The translations under genes were made by a program, and so were the position numbers. 64,000 bases of DNA from Octopus bimaculoides (taxonomy: Eukaryota): NCBI RefSeq assembly GCF_001194135.2, contig NC_068990.1, forward strand, positions 64,663,869 to 64,727,868, read 5' to 3'. The stretch's first letter is position 1. Each line of letters starts with the position of its first letter. Below are positions 34,172 through 47,695 of this stretch, piece by piece. The notes beneath the pieces were generated by a model, which searched no databases, was not told where the DNA came from, and saw only the letters and a list, made by a program, of their open reading frames with translations.

Positions 34172-34329
34172 AAATGATAATGATAACAACTTCTGATTCT
34201 GCCACAGAGGCGATAAATGATAGTACATTAAAAAGAAAAATCACAATGTCTTGTTGGAGATTTATGCTGAATCAATAATGATTCATTCGACTGCAGACAT
34301 GCTGGGGCATCGCCTTGAAGGTTTTAGTC

Positions 34330-34576
34330 CAGTGTTTCTCAACTATTTTTAGCTCATGGACTCAACTTTTTCATTGATTATCATTTTACTTAGAATGGAC
34401 CTTCATGGCCATTCGATGTTTAAAAAAAACCTGTTATATTTTTATAATTAAATATTATTAGGAATTGTATTTAAAAAAATGTTAAAAACATTTTGTGTAT
34501 TGTAGAAGTAGAAGTAATTTATTGCAGATAAATTTTAACAACAAAATCTTATATGGACCCTGATTGAGAACCACTG
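34330..34576. mobile_element. hAT-Charlie-type MITE nested in a minus-strand SINE A
   Basis: TIRs cagtgtttctcaa / ttgagaaccactg; degenerate 8-bp TSD ttttagtc / gcttaatc. Confidence 0.7.
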
Positions 34577-34837
34577 GCTTAATCGAACAAATAGACCCCA
34601 GGAATTATTTTATTTTCATGCCTGGTACTTATTCTGTCAGTCGGTTTTACCGAACCGCTAAGTTGTTGGGACGTAAACAAACCAACACCGGTTGTCAAGC
34701 GTATATATATGTATGTAAGCTGGGTTTCTTTCAGTTTCCGTCTACCAAATTTACTCACAAGGCCTTGGTCAGCCCGTGATTTTAGTTGCCCCAGGTACCG
34801 CGCAATGGGTTTGAATTCAAGAGCACATGGTTTAGAT

Positions 34838-35181
34838 CAAGGGTTCTCAAACATTTTTTCTTTTTATCTATGGACCCCTTTCATCACTATTTTATTTTGG
34901 TGGAACCCCATAGCCATTTGCTGTTTTAAATTAGTTTTATAGGAACTTCTTTCCAAATTCCTATTTTGTTTTTCACACATTAACTTAAGTTGAACTATGT
35001 AAAACGTTACAGAAAGAAACCTAACTGTCTCTTGTAATATATACCAATACATACAGCTAAATCAAAATTTTTTTTTCAGGGGCCCTTAAAATACTATTGT
35101 GGATCCCCAATTTACTATTTTGTTGCGTGGACTCCGAAAAATTTTAACAGGGGTCACATGGACCCCAGTCGAGAACTACTG
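34838..35181. mobile_element. Second related hAT-Charlie-type MITE in the same SINE A copy
   Basis: TIRs caagggttctc / gagaactactg; 8-bp TSD gtttagat / gtttagaa. Confidence 0.75.
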
Positions 35182-36734
35182 GTTTAGAAGCAAATTTATT
35201 ACCACACAGCCACGCCTTATGAGAAGAAAAAAATACAGGCATGAAAATTAGTAGAAATGTGTTGTAAAAATAGTTGTATTATTAATAATTAATATTTATG
35301 TATTTCTTATACACAGTGCGTATTAGAAAACTAAAAGTAGATTCAAATTCGTTAAATAGTTAAGTGGTTTTTTAAGCCTTAATCTTGTGTTTTCAAATGC
35401 ACAGTGTGTTGCGCATAAATATTTAACAATTGTTTAATCCTACTGCCGACAAACGTACGATATACATCTTAGGTTAGCCATTACAGCTAAGTTTTAGATT
35501 GTGAGTGATTTTAATAACGATTTGTTATAAGATCTCTTCGTAGAGATATGAATGAGAGTATGTTACCTTCTGATGAAGGTTCTACAAATCGTGAAACATA
35601 TCACAGCAACACCTTTATTATTTTATGTACCAAGAGAGGAATAAGATGTATACACATCTGTGTGAAGCTTCACGGTGAAAGGTGAAAGGCTTAAAAACTG
35701 TATCTACTTTAAATTTATCTTAGAATCGCGTTATATAATATAGTTCGAGTGTGTGTGACGGGAGGGTGGGGTGTCCAGAGCCTCTGATTATCAGAAGTGC
35801 GTCGAAACCTTTTGACACTTCATAATAAACTGTATTATTACGAAACTAGAAAAGCACTCGGAGAGCGCAGACCTCCGCCAAACCAGCAGGAGCAGCACTA
35901 CGACGACGACGACGACGACCACCACCACCACCACCACTACCACCATATCACAATCACCACCACAACTATCATACCACTATCACCACCACCACAACCACCA
36001 ACATCACCAGCAGCATTGTCATTGCTTCCACTTCACCCACATACACCGCCATCAACGTTATCATGACAGTTACCTTGACAGTCACTTTCACCACCACAAC
36101 CAGTATAACAACTACAATACCNNNNNNNNNNNNNNNNNNNNNNNNNNNNNNNNNNNNNNNNNNNNNNNNNNNNNNNNNNNNNNNNNNNNNNNNNNNNNNN
36201 NNNNNNNNNNNNNNNNNNNNNNNNNNNNNNNNNNNNNNNNNNNNNNNNNNNNNNNNNNNNNNNNNNNNNNNNNNNNNNNNNNNNNNNNNNNNNNNNNNNN
36301 NNNNNNNNNNNNNNNNNNNNNNNNNNNNNNNNNNNNNNNNNNNNNNNNNNNNNNNNNNNNNNNNNNNNNNNNNNNNNNNNNNNNNNNNNNGATACTCATG
36401 GGACCGAGATTGCTGCAGATTTTTTATTTTTCTAATTTCGGAGTGCTTTATTAAAAAAGAAATTGCATCTACAAAACGGAACAGTTTGAGGATAGAAACT
36501 AGGTCTAAACACAATAGCTTATAGACATACTCTGAATGTAGTTCTATATAAATCTTTAATAATTTTTTTATACTTAAGACCATCAGAAATGTTAAGATAT
36601 CGGCCTCTACCCACATTGTCATGCTTTGATTAAAAGGTTACAGCATAGATTAGATTACTTAAATAAGTTTCGGCCGAAGTTGACTCAGGCCATGTCTAAT
36701 TTAATAGCACCACCTCGAAGAGATACGCAGTCAG

Positions 36735-37010
36735 CTCTGGGGAACTGTGGCCCATTCAAGCAGATGGTTATTGTTTTCAGAGACATATCTGTGTGTGGGT
36801 GGTTTATCTGGTATTTGTTGGGGGTAATCATCTAGGGATCGTTTGAATGCCGTGAAGTCACTTTCCTCCTTTATGTATGTCTGGCACGATGTTGAAGAGA
36901 GAAGGGCCAATTGAAGCGAAATAGTTCTGTCATAGTGTTGTGATACGACATGAATATTTCTGTAGTGGACAGATGGCACGGGGGCCAAGCCTCAGACGAA
37001 TTTTAAAGAT
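36735..37010 (-). mobile_element. CR1/L2 (Jockey-group) LINE 3' end remnant
   Basis: Translation FTAFKRSLDDYPQQIPDKPPTHRYVSENNNHLLEW matches the FK..LD.FL..IPD.P...Y....N.L..W C-terminal motif. Confidence 0.7.
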
Positions 37011-37140
37011 GGGCAATGTTGATGGAATATTTTCCACATCATACAGATGATATAGAGCTCACAGCGGCGGTGGAGGGAGCAAAGCCTGAGCTTTTTGAGT
37101 CGATCCCAATAGTCAAGGCTTGTCATGCCATCCTCCGCAG

Positions 37141-37435
37141 ACCTCCGCCAAGCAGTTCATTTTAAGATAGATACGCGAGTAAAATTACTAATAGAGAAAA
37201 GAAAATAAATTTTGGAATCAGCAACTCCACCAAATAATGAACGTATAATACTTCATGTAAAGTAGATATAACAAATGAAAAATCCATCAAAATCCAAAAT
37301 TTCATCATCTGGTCTTTGTGTCATTACCAACTTTTCCTGCAAGTTTCATCAAATACCGTTCACAACTTTTTCAGTTATTTTGCACACAGACGAACCAACG
37401 GCGGTGAAAACATAACCTCCTTCCTTGGCGGAGGT
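37141..37435. mobile_element. Non-autonomous DNA transposon with 12-bp TIR ACCTCCGCCAAG
   Basis: acctccgccaag at 37141-37152 and cttggcggaggt at 37424-37435; internal caagtttcatcaaat..gttcacaactttt is typical of such elements. Confidence 0.7.
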
Positions 37436-37524
37436 AATAACCGATACATGAACATATTAGCTTTTTGCGTGGTCTTAAATGGTTAAACTGATACTTCTAC
37501 AATGTAATGTGTGTGATTGAATGC

Positions 37525-37559
<35 letters not shown>

Positions 37560-38889
37560 NNNNNNNNNNNNNNNNNNNNNNNNNNNNNNNNNNNNNNNNN
37601 NNNNNNNNNNNNNNNNNNNNNNNNNNNNNNNNNNNNNNNNNNNNNNNNNNNNNNNNNNNNNNNNNNNNNNNNNNNNNNNNNNNNNNNNNNNNNNNNNNNN
37701 NNNNNNNNNNNNNNNNNNNNNNNNNNNNNNNNNNNNNNNNNNNNNNNNNNNNNNNNNNNNNNNNNNNNNNNNNNNNNNNNNNNNNNNNNNNNNNNNNNNN
37801 NNNNNNNNNNNNNNNNNNNNNNNNNNNNNNNNNNNNNNNNNNNNNNNNNNNNNNNNNNNNNNNNNNNNNNNNNNNNNNNNNNNNNNNNNNNNNNNNNNNN
37901 NNNNNNNNNNNNNNNNNNNNNNNNNNNNNNNNNNNNNNNNNNNNNNNNNNNNNNNNNNNNNNNNNNNNNNNNNNNNNNNCAGAGTTCTCTCTCTTATCTT
38001 TTCCAATAAAAATTGTCATTAATGCCAATAATTGAGAAACTCACAAAAAGCCTGTTTGATATTTCGGTTGTAGATAACACTGTGTAACACGATTTTTGTC
38101 CTTGGGTAGCAACTGTTATTTCCTATTTGCTTACACCTAGAAAGTATGTAAAAAGGGCTAATATTTCTGTCAAACTTTGCTTTTGTTACATTTATTCAAA
38201 CCCCCAAAGAATCCCTCTCAACACATGGCTATGATGCTCCCCCACTACACCTGCTCATGATCAGAGATGCACATATTGTCAGCCACTAAGGGACATGCTC
38301 AAGTGGTTAAGGTCAAGCAATTGACAAGTAAATCTGTGGTATTGAGCAGAATATTTGCTATAACGATATTTCTGCTACAGCAGCTTAGTACTGAATCTGT
38401 CTAAAATGTAATGGAAAATAGGTCAGTTTTAAAACATCGATGTCCAGATCACAAAAACAAAATTTAAAGGGAGTAAGTAGTCATTTCCTTTAATTTCTAG
38501 ATAGAAGCAAATAAGAAATAATACTTACTGACCAAAAACAGCAAAAAAAAAAAATTAGATAAATAAAAAGTTTCGTTACACAATGTAATCTGTTTGTTCA
38601 TCGTTGCTCAGATAGCTCGCTTACTCTCTTAAAAAGGCGTTCGGCCAACCCTCGTATCGAATATCTTATGGTCATTCGAATCCTTCGGTCAATGAGCAAA
38701 ATGACGTTGATTTCTCATCTGTGAAATTGTTTGCAGCAATATTTCTGTCATTATATCTCTTTTCTCATTATCACCTACCAAAAGCGTGAATTTAAATATT
38801 TTAGAAATATTAGAGAATTATATAAAAGTACAATGTAATTGAAGTTTTTAATATAATATTTGGTTCATTATTTTAAAATGGACTAAATA

Positions 38890-39040
38890 TTGATTTCAAA
38901 TTTTGGTACAAGACCAGCAATTTCTCGGCAGCGAGAAGTCGATTACATTGAACCCAATGTTCGACTGGCACTTATTTTATCGACCCCGAAAGAATGAAAG
39001 GCAAAGTCGACCTCGGCAGAATTTGAACTCTGAGCGTGAA
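38890..39040 (-). mobile_element. SINE family B copy; further copies at about 15945-16110(+), 47900-49110(-, 4-5 clustered), 54270-54480(+), 54915-55140(+) and 56420-56630(+)
   Basis: Shared core aaaggcaaagtcgacctcggcagaatttgaactc. Confidence 0.8.
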
Positions 39041-39653
39041 AAGTTAATTAAATATTGTGGGGAAATTATACATCTACAAAATGATATTTCGGCGAAAACA
39101 CAAGAATTTTGACGAAGGTAAACAAGAATCATGGTAACATGAATTACATCAACCTTGGCAACGGTAACCCAGTGAGAAGAAGCAAGAAAGCAAGAAAGAA
39201 AGAAAGAAAGAAACACACACACACACACAGGCAGGCAGAAGGAGACAGAGAGAGAGAGAGAGTGGGGGGGATGGAATTAAAAGGGAAGAATGACATCCAA
39301 GTGACCGACAACTGGAATAATGTTCTCGCAGTGGTCTTACGACTGTCTCGGAACTTGCCTTCAAGTATAACCCACATTTGAGTAAGTTTTCTTTACTCTC
39401 AACCATTTTCCCGCAATGCAGCGTCCACATCAGTTGCTGTTGTTAAAGTACGACTTAAGCATCTTCATTTATATTCAACTGATGTAGTATTTCATGACTT
39501 ACTCTTTCACAAAGCTAAACACCTTTGGCTAGCGTTGCAATACTTCACTATTTGTTAACTCATGAATATTCCTACTATCACTCTAGCTTGTATGTATGTA
39601 TGTATGTGTGTATGTGTGTGTGTGCGTATGTGTGTGTGTGTACATAGATATAC

Positions 39654-39725
<72 letters not shown>

Positions 39726-39768
39726 ACACATACATATATATACATACATACATAGACACACACTCACT

Positions 39769-39809
<41 letters not shown>

Positions 39810-40344
39810 CAGAGCCGGCGTTAGGAAGTGGGGGGGGGGGAATTAGAGAATTATAAAAGCTGAAGATTGATGTTCTATGCTTCGTTTAGTACGCTAGTCC
39901 TAGCCCAAAAGTGTTGAGGATTTGTGGCTCTACCACTTGCCACAATGATATACTAAAGATTCATCATACCATTCTCCCCTGGATCCTGTGCGGAGGGTGG
40001 GAGTGGGCTCTCGTGTCGTGGGGCCCAATTTGAACAAATCTGATTGCTTAAAACTGGCCGTGATATTATCCTTATCATAATGGAACATCTAGCTTCCATC
40101 CTGCCATCAGTTGGACGGTTACCAGGATGCTTCAATGTCTTCTTTGGCAGGATTTCTACAAGTGGATCCCTTCTTAACATTAACCACTTTACAGGGTGCT
40201 TTTTATTCTTACCACAAGATCTGGTGAAGCTTGAAATTTGCAAGGCTAAGAGCCTAAAAGTAACCTCCATCGCTGAAGGAGAGAATAGAAGAGAAAATAG
40301 GCCTCGTTTATATATTACAGCCCCTTAATGAATACTCCTATATT

Positions 40345-40785
40345 AGGATGCCTGGGTCTTCTGTACTACCGCGTTTCGCCAGTCAGTGCAGCTCTGTCAT
40401 CTCTGTAAGATATAGCATCTTCATTTCAGCCTTCCCCGCATCGTCCAAAATCTTCCTTCTCGTTTCCCTCTTCCACGGCTTACTCTAGCTTGGAGTGCAC
40501 CACACTTTTGCATGTATCATCCGTATGCGTCACATGCCTTTACCTTCTCAGCCTCCTCCCTTGCATACAACGCAATGCTTAATTCCTCTTATACCCAGTT
40601 TTTCTCTTACCTCATTTGTGTTACAGAGTTCATGCACATTAACATTACGAACCCAACGCGTTAGTTTATTTTTCTAGTCTTCGCAAATCTTCTGCATTCA
40701 GGGCCTGCATCGCAGTTCTAATACAAGCCTCATGCAATCTGCGTTTCACTCTGAGGGAAACGGCGTTTGGTACCTACAGCAGTAG
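40345..40785 (-). mobile_element. RTE-clade LINE 3' remnant
   Basis: Broken frames include a GRGKREGRFW-like motif and DWRNAVVQKT, typical of RTE C-termini. Confidence 0.6.
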
Positions 40786-40831
40786 TAGCTTCATGAAAAT
40801 TTTCCGACTTATTTTTACCCTGGCTTATCTA

Positions 40832-40918
<87 letters not shown>

Positions 40919-41657
40919 NNNNNNNNNNNNNNNNNNNNNNNNNNNNNNNNNNNNNNNNNNNNNNNNNNNNNNNNNNNNNNNNNNNNNNNNNNNNNNNNNN
41001 NNNNNNNNNNNNNNNNNNNNNNNNNNNNNNNNNNNNNNNNNNNNNNNNNNNNNNNNNNNNNNNNNNNNNNNNNNNNNNNNNNNNNNNNNNNNNNNNNNNN
41101 NNNNNNNNNNNNNNNNNNNNNNNNNNNNNNNNNNNNNNNNNNNNNNNNNNNNNNNNNNNNNNNNNNNNNNNNNNNNNNNNNNNNNNNNNNNNNNNNNNNN
41201 NNNNNNNNNNNNNNNNNNNNNNNNNNNNNNNNNNNNNNNNNNNNNNNNNNNNNNNNNNNNNNNNNNNNNNNNNNNNNNNNNNNNNNNNNNNNNNNNNNNN
41301 NNNNNNNNNNNNNNNNNNNNNNNNNNNNNNNNNNNNNNNNNNNNNNNNNNNNNNNNNNNNNNNNNNNNNNNNNNNNNNNNNNNNNNNNNNNNNNNNNNNN
41401 NNNNNNNNNNNNNNNNNNNNNNNNNNNNNNNNNNNNNNNNNNNNNNNNNNNNNNNNNNNNNNNNNNNNNNNNNNNNNNNNNNNNNNNNNNNNNNNNNNNN
41501 NNNNNNNNNNNNNNNNNNNATAAAGAATTAATTGTAGACCGGGTTTCGCCATTAACTCTCTTTTGGAGAACATTCTTTTCTTTGTGGTTAGATCGTAGGT
41601 GATCTTTTTCTAGCATATCGGATGTCCACTTAGTGGTCATCCCTTCTTATACGCATG

Positions 41658-41688
<31 letters not shown>

Positions 41689-41779
41689 CTCATAACAATC
41701 TTATAAAGTATACCCTTGTAGCAAAGCCTAGAATCGAAACCTTACAGCCTTAGTAACTAGAACCAAACCATACTTAGAT

Positions 41780-42305
41780 CAAGAGACGTGCCCGGAATAC
41801 CAACCAATCAGCTTGCAGAGATATCACCCCATGCAATAGAATATTGTAATATGTTCCAGATAGTTCCCGTGCGAAAAGGGTTTATGTAAGCAACAAGACT
41901 GGCAAGCACAGCTAGAGGTGGCGAAGAACCCGACGTGCGGAGCACACGCTTGCGTGCGGCAGAGGTTAGAGAACACATGCTTCTTTCAGTGGCGGCTCGT
42001 GTACTGGAACTGCAGAACTGCACACACACCCATTTCCACTCGATATTATCGATAACATTCAATATAATGAGTCCTTTTTTCTGTAATTCTTTCTTTATAC
42101 TTATACATTATATAATCCTTAAGCTTAATGTCAGTAGCCATCGTATAGTTTGTGTAAAAAATACAAAAATCCTTGCATAGAACTGTGTGCATCACAGTTC
42201 CAGCGATGCGGTGTTTGGCTGTTGTGCGCATGCTCACATGTCCGAGATAGGAAGCTTCACACTAGGGAGAGAGAGCACTGCGTGAACGACAGTGCCGGGT
42301 GAAAG
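41780..42305 (+). promoter_or_regulatory. Candidate promoter or non-coding first exon
   Basis: CpG-rich unique sequence with ETS-like ccggaa (41792), NF-Y box aaccaatcag (41802-41811), NRF1-like tgcgcatgctca (42225-42236) and a possible donor gaaag|gtagtg at 42305. Confidence 0.35.
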
Positions 42306-42974
42306 GTAGTGTTTCTTTTGACTCCGCGTGTGTTATGTTTAAAATCGTGTTTATATTCTTGAATATCAAGTTTATGTATAAATTTTCTTTTTATGTTTTT
42401 GTTTCCTTTTACACAATATTAATACAACGGCTAAAGATTTTCTGAAGCAGCACCCCGACTAATTTTATCTCCGAGCTGCCACTGGCTTCTTTGTCCTTTC
42501 TCATCCTGTATTTAAAAAAATCTCTTCATCATCACTGCATTTTTCCTAGCGCGTACCATAAACACGATATCCTCACCTCTCGCCACACAAATAAGTAGCC
42601 AACTAATTCTTAGTCATAAACACATTCGAGGCATACATAGGATGCACAGAGAACAAGCTCCTTAAATAGACAAGTTTCCTTGGTTGCAACTCAGCCCATG
42701 GTTATACAGATTTGCATTTCTCTTCAGTATATTATATAAGAATAAATGCTATAAACTGATTTGGTACGTGTCAACTGCTTTTTTATGCTTTTGTTCCTTA
42801 TATCTAAACCAGCTCGACCGATTTCTTGCCTAAGGCCAATCTTTATTTAGTCGGAGATCACACCCTTACACTTAACGTTGATGTTTGAACAGATATTCCA
42901 CCTGAACACGCATTGTATCTACCATTGTATCCACAGATTATCCAAAATCATTTGACATCTTGTTATCCAAAACT

Positions 42975-43027
<53 letters not shown>

Positions 43028-44894
43028 TCTCTCTCTCTCTCTCCCTGATGTATATACAATTTAGACAGTTCCTGGCTCGTCAATATTTGTAGCCTTAACT
43101 ATTTACAAAAGGCTTAACGTTGGCAACTAATAAGATAATCTGTTTCTATAGTCACCCTAACTGAATGAATTTCTGATAGCGTAACAACAATCTACCATAT
43201 TCGTGGATAAAACAAATTCTAATTATTGAAACGATCGTCACTGATTAAAGATTGTTATTACCGACATTTTTATTCATTTCTCTTTACATTCGTGTTGAAG
43301 TCTGCTTGTTGCTTATGTCGTAGAGGATGTATCGTTGCTGGACGAAAGTTACGTGTAGAATAACTGAAGCAAACTCACGTACATTTAACTTGATATTTAT
43401 TGCTGGACATAATGACATTTAGTGTCGGTTATTTACAATGAACAATATTAATAAATACTAAATAGGAAAGAAGGAAAAACTGTTCTGAAAATAAAGAAAG
43501 CCATCTGTGCGACATCATGTGGTCAGTCCAAAAATACACGGAGTCATCTGCGCAAATCTCCGAAGCGATCTGTGGCGTCAGCGGTCCATTGGCCGTCGGC
43601 GGCTGAGGAAGTCAGCCGCCTTACACACTCTGCGATGAAGCGAGTGCCACGAACAGTTTTTATTGGGAAGAAGTGGTTTATTTGTAGAGCCTTCGAGAAA
43701 TCCATATCACGCCACAGCCTCCCGCTAAGTGGTCGATTCATTGACCCATCACATGAATCACTCGTGATGTCTGACCGAGTATCTAGCCGTTAAAATTCGA
43801 ATCCCTGCTACACATTTATACTATGCGGCGCATGTATTAACCTCATAATCAGTACATCTCCTCGGAATGTTTGGGTTAAGTGAATACTTTCTTCTGATTT
43901 AATATATTCTAGTAGCCAACATTTCACACTGAGTGCTGATAGGGGTACTCACTTGGATTCCTAAATACCTATTCCCACACACACACACACACACACATAC
44001 ACAGTTAAGTATATATATATATATATATATATATATCAGCTTATCTTTTTGGTTGGTCGACTTTCCCAAACCATTGCGATTCTTCCATGCCAGATGTCTC
44101 GTTCTTCCATAGCAGTCTTCATTTCCTCAACCTGATATCCATTTTCTTCCATAAGTTCAGCGATCTCCACTGGAAACCCACGCATGTGCATACAGGTTGC
44201 GGCAGACCAAGAAGAGCATGTATGTTTGTATGTATGTATGTATGTATGTATGTATGTATGTACACTTACATTTATGTATACACACACATACATACACACT
44301 ATCACCTGTATCGATCAGACTGGTCTCAAATGCGCTTCCAATTCTTTCTCTTGACAGCGCCCTTCTTTTCCATCTTGGCCTAAATCGTCGTGGACGTCTT
44401 CCGTATAGTCTTTTCCCATCTCTTGGATATCACTGCACGGAATTATCTATTGTCTGTGAACTTTGCAACACGTCCGGCCCAGTGGAACTTCTACTTTCAG
44501 TAGCCTGCATCACGTCGTTCACTCCGCTCCGTTCTCGAATTAACTCATTTTCGGAGATGCTCTTGCAGTGATATTCCTAGCATGGACCTTTGCTGATGTT
44601 CCTCCCTCTTCGTCTCACTTACGTATAAGAAAAGCACAGGCAGGAATGTAGCATTGAAGTGACTAGCATATAGTCTTGTTCACCTTTGCTTTGAGCACAT
44701 ATTTTATCGAGATAAATTCTTTCTATTCTGCCCTTAATTTTCACGAGATTTCAGCGTCCATGTCTCGGCGCATATTAACTATGTGTCCCAAGTGAATGTA
44801 CTCCTTTACCTCCTCGATTTCATCGCTTCCTATCTCTATTCGGCTTTGTGCTATGTCTTCAGAACACATGTACTTTATTTTCATGCGGTTCATT

Positions 44895-45120
44895 TTAACC
44901 CTTTAGCGGTCACATTATCCTGTCAAAAATGATGCTTATTTATTCATGTTTTGAATTAATCTTGCATTGTCTTGTAGCTTTGAGATTTTGATACGATGAC
45001 TGTTAATTTTTAGAATGATATTATAGGGTTGATGCGAGAGGCCAAATCTGGTCAGTTTGAACATAAATCAGGTAGAGTATTTGGATTTGATATGGCCTGT
45101 TTAAATACTTAAAGGTTTAA
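44895..45120. mobile_element. piggyBac-type MITE
   Basis: TTAA|CCCTTTAG ... TTAAAGGT|TTAA with TTAA TSD. Confidence 0.8.
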
Positions 45121-45233
45121 GGCCTGCTGCTGCTGCTGAACAATGAGTGTCCAGCTTGGTCAGCATGGTCTGTAGCTGACCTATGATTTCGGCAATGAAT
45201 ACGATTTCATCTACAAATTGGAAGTGTGTTAGT

Positions 45234-45619
45234 TTGTTGTTGGCACTCCGTCGCTTACGACGTCGAGGGTTCCAGTTGATCCGATCAACGGAACAGTCTG
45301 CTCGTGAACTTAACATGCAAGTGGCTGAGCACTCCACAGACACGTGTACCCTTAATGTAGTTCTCGGGGATATTCAGCGTGACACAGTGTGACAAGGCTG
45401 GCCCTTTGAAATACAGGTACAACAGAAACAGGAAGAAAGAGTGAGAGAAAGTTGTGGTGGAAGAGTACAACAGGGTTCGCCACCATCCCCTGCCGGAGCC
45501 TCGTGGAGCTTTAGGTGTTTTCGCTCAATAAACACTCACAACGCCCGGTCTGGGAATCGAAAGCGCGATCCTATGACCGCGAGTCCGCTGCCCTAACCAC
45601 TGGGCCATTGTGCCTCCAT
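45234..45619 (-). mobile_element. Full-length tRNA-derived SINE family D inserted in the RTE RT
   Basis: 11-bp TSD agtgtgttagt (45223-45233 / 45620-45630); tRNA-like head; tail homologous to 16765-16830. Confidence 0.85.
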
Positions 45620-47645
45620 AGTGTGTTAGTAACTCACCGTTAATATTCAAGTCACCTCTCCAGTCAATGTCTCTGATGACTATTTCTAGTATACTTACAC
45701 GCGTCTTGCTTGATGCCCTTCTCAATTGGAACTCTTACCAATGACGATAATCGAGCCACATCAGTAGCGCTTTTGAAGTTCGCATCCCAGAGCAGTTTCA
45801 TGCATTACACCTCGAATCCTTGCATTTCCAGAGATTTCAGCACAGCATTCATCTCGACGCAATAGAAAGCTTTTTCGTAGTCGAAAGAGATGCACAGAGG
45901 CAGCTTGTATTCTTTCATTCGTTCTATAAGCTTCGTTAGAGTGAATATGTGATCCATCGAACAGTAACTCTAAGGGAAACCTACTGATGATCATTGAAAT
46001 GTTTCGATAGTCTAGTGACTATAACTCTTGTAAACAGCCTGTAGAGGTGAGACAAGAGGCATAGTTCTTAGATTTTCTTTATCATCCTTCTTATGAATGA
46101 AAATGGTATTTGATACCTTCCACAGTAGGGATATTTCACCCATCTTCAGATAACGATTGAAGCGTAAGAAGGGGATTTTTCACAGCTCTTCTTCTCCACT
46201 CAATATCGCCGTTGTTACGACATTTTTTCCTAAAGCTTTATCTGCTTTCATCAGTTTGAGCGCATCGTGTTTTTTTATATTCTTTAAATTTTTATTTTCA
46301 ATTTCACTGATCCAGAATAGGTGGCACTTGTTCTAACGTTTGTGACGGTGGAGAATCGAGCTTCGCTAATGATTTAAAAATACTTATATACATATGTNNN
46401 NNNNNNNNNNNNNNNNNNNNNNNNNNNNNNNNNNNNNNNNNNNNNNNNNNNNNNNNNNNNNNNNNNNNNNNNNNNNNNNNNNNNNNNNNNNNNNNNNNNN
46501 NNNNNNNNNNNNNNNNNNNNNNNNNNNNNNNNNNNNNNNNNNNNNNNNNNNNNNNNNNNNNNNNNNNNNNNNNNNNNNNNNNNNNNNNNNNNNNNNNNNN
46601 NNNNNNNNNNNNNNNNNNNNNNNNNNNNNNNNNNNNNNNNNNNNNNNNNNNNNNNNNNNNNNNNNNNNNNNNNNNNNNNNNNNNNNNNNNNNNNNNNNNN
46701 NNNNNNNNNNNNNNNNNNNNNNNNNNNNNNNNNNNNNNNNNNNNNNNNNNNNNNNNNNNNNNNNNNNNNNNNNNNNNNNNNNNNNNNNNNNNNNNNNNNN
46801 NNNNNNNNNNNNNNNNNNNNNNNNNNNNNNNNNNNNNNNNNNNNNNNNNNNNNNNNNNNNNNNNNNNNNNNNNNNNNNNNNNNNNNNNNNNNNNNNNNNN
46901 NNNNNNNNNNNNNNNNNNNNNNNNNNNNNNNNNNNNNNNNNNNNNNNNNNNNNNNNNNNNNNNNNNNNNNNNNNNNNNNNNNNNNNNNNNNNNNNNNNNN
47001 NNNNNNNNNNNNNNNNNNNNNNNNNNNNNNNNNNNNNNNNNNNNNNNNNNNNNNNNNNNNNNNNNNNNNNNNNNNNNNNNNNNNNNNNNNNNNNNNNNNN
47101 NNNNNNNNNNNNNNNNNNNNNNNNNNNNNNNNNNNNNNNGTGTGTGTGTGTGTGTGTGTGTGTGGATGGGTGTGATTTCATGAGTGGTAATGTTAAGTTT
47201 TGCCTTGTGTTGTAATAAAGTAAGGCACTGTCTGTGGCAACTGGTATCTGAACTGTTTGGAACTAAAGAAGTAATTAGAAATATTTCTTTTATTTGAACG
47301 CTGGCTACAGGATCGAGCTGGGAAATCTAATATTTAAAAAATTTTTTTTTTTTACGCATATCAAATAACGACTGGAACAACAACAACAGCAACAACAACA
47401 ACAACAACAGCAACAACAACAACAACAACCATAATCGTTATTATTATGAGAATTTATTACATAGGCATGAAGCCATATATATATTTAGGGAATGGAAATG
47501 GGACATTGTGGCGTTCATATTTTTCCCAATGATATTAGTGATGTAAGAGAAACAGCTCCAACTGGGAATCAAAATCAGGTGCTGAAAATTTACAGTCACT
47601 CTGTAATAAGAACTATAATAATGTCTCTTTTTTTTTTAAATATAA

Positions 47646-47695
<50 letters not shown>

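Larger units (their letters stand above)
44035..45760 (-). mobile_element. RTE-clade LINE remnant (RT domain and C-terminus), interrupted by a microsatellite, a piggyBac MITE and a SINE
   Basis: LEIVIRDIDWRGDLNINGELLTH|FQFVDEIVFIAE..LQTML, MKIKYMCSE..IEEVKEYIHLG, and MEERDIWH. Confidence 0.85.

Noticed and set aside
35570-35612. CTGATGA...GAAA hammerhead-like core
   Set aside because: Stems I and III do not pair convincingly; at most a very decayed relic.
39950-40330. GC-richer coding-like segment with ORFs on both strands
   Set aside because: No recognisable motif or splice context, and the most protein-like frame has several stops.
47445-47582. Phase-0 open frame HLILIPSWSCFSY..SCLCNKFS* as the Argos-like terminal exon
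   Set aside because: It lacks the Argos domain-3 Cys pattern, and a much stronger acceptor exists at 49528.
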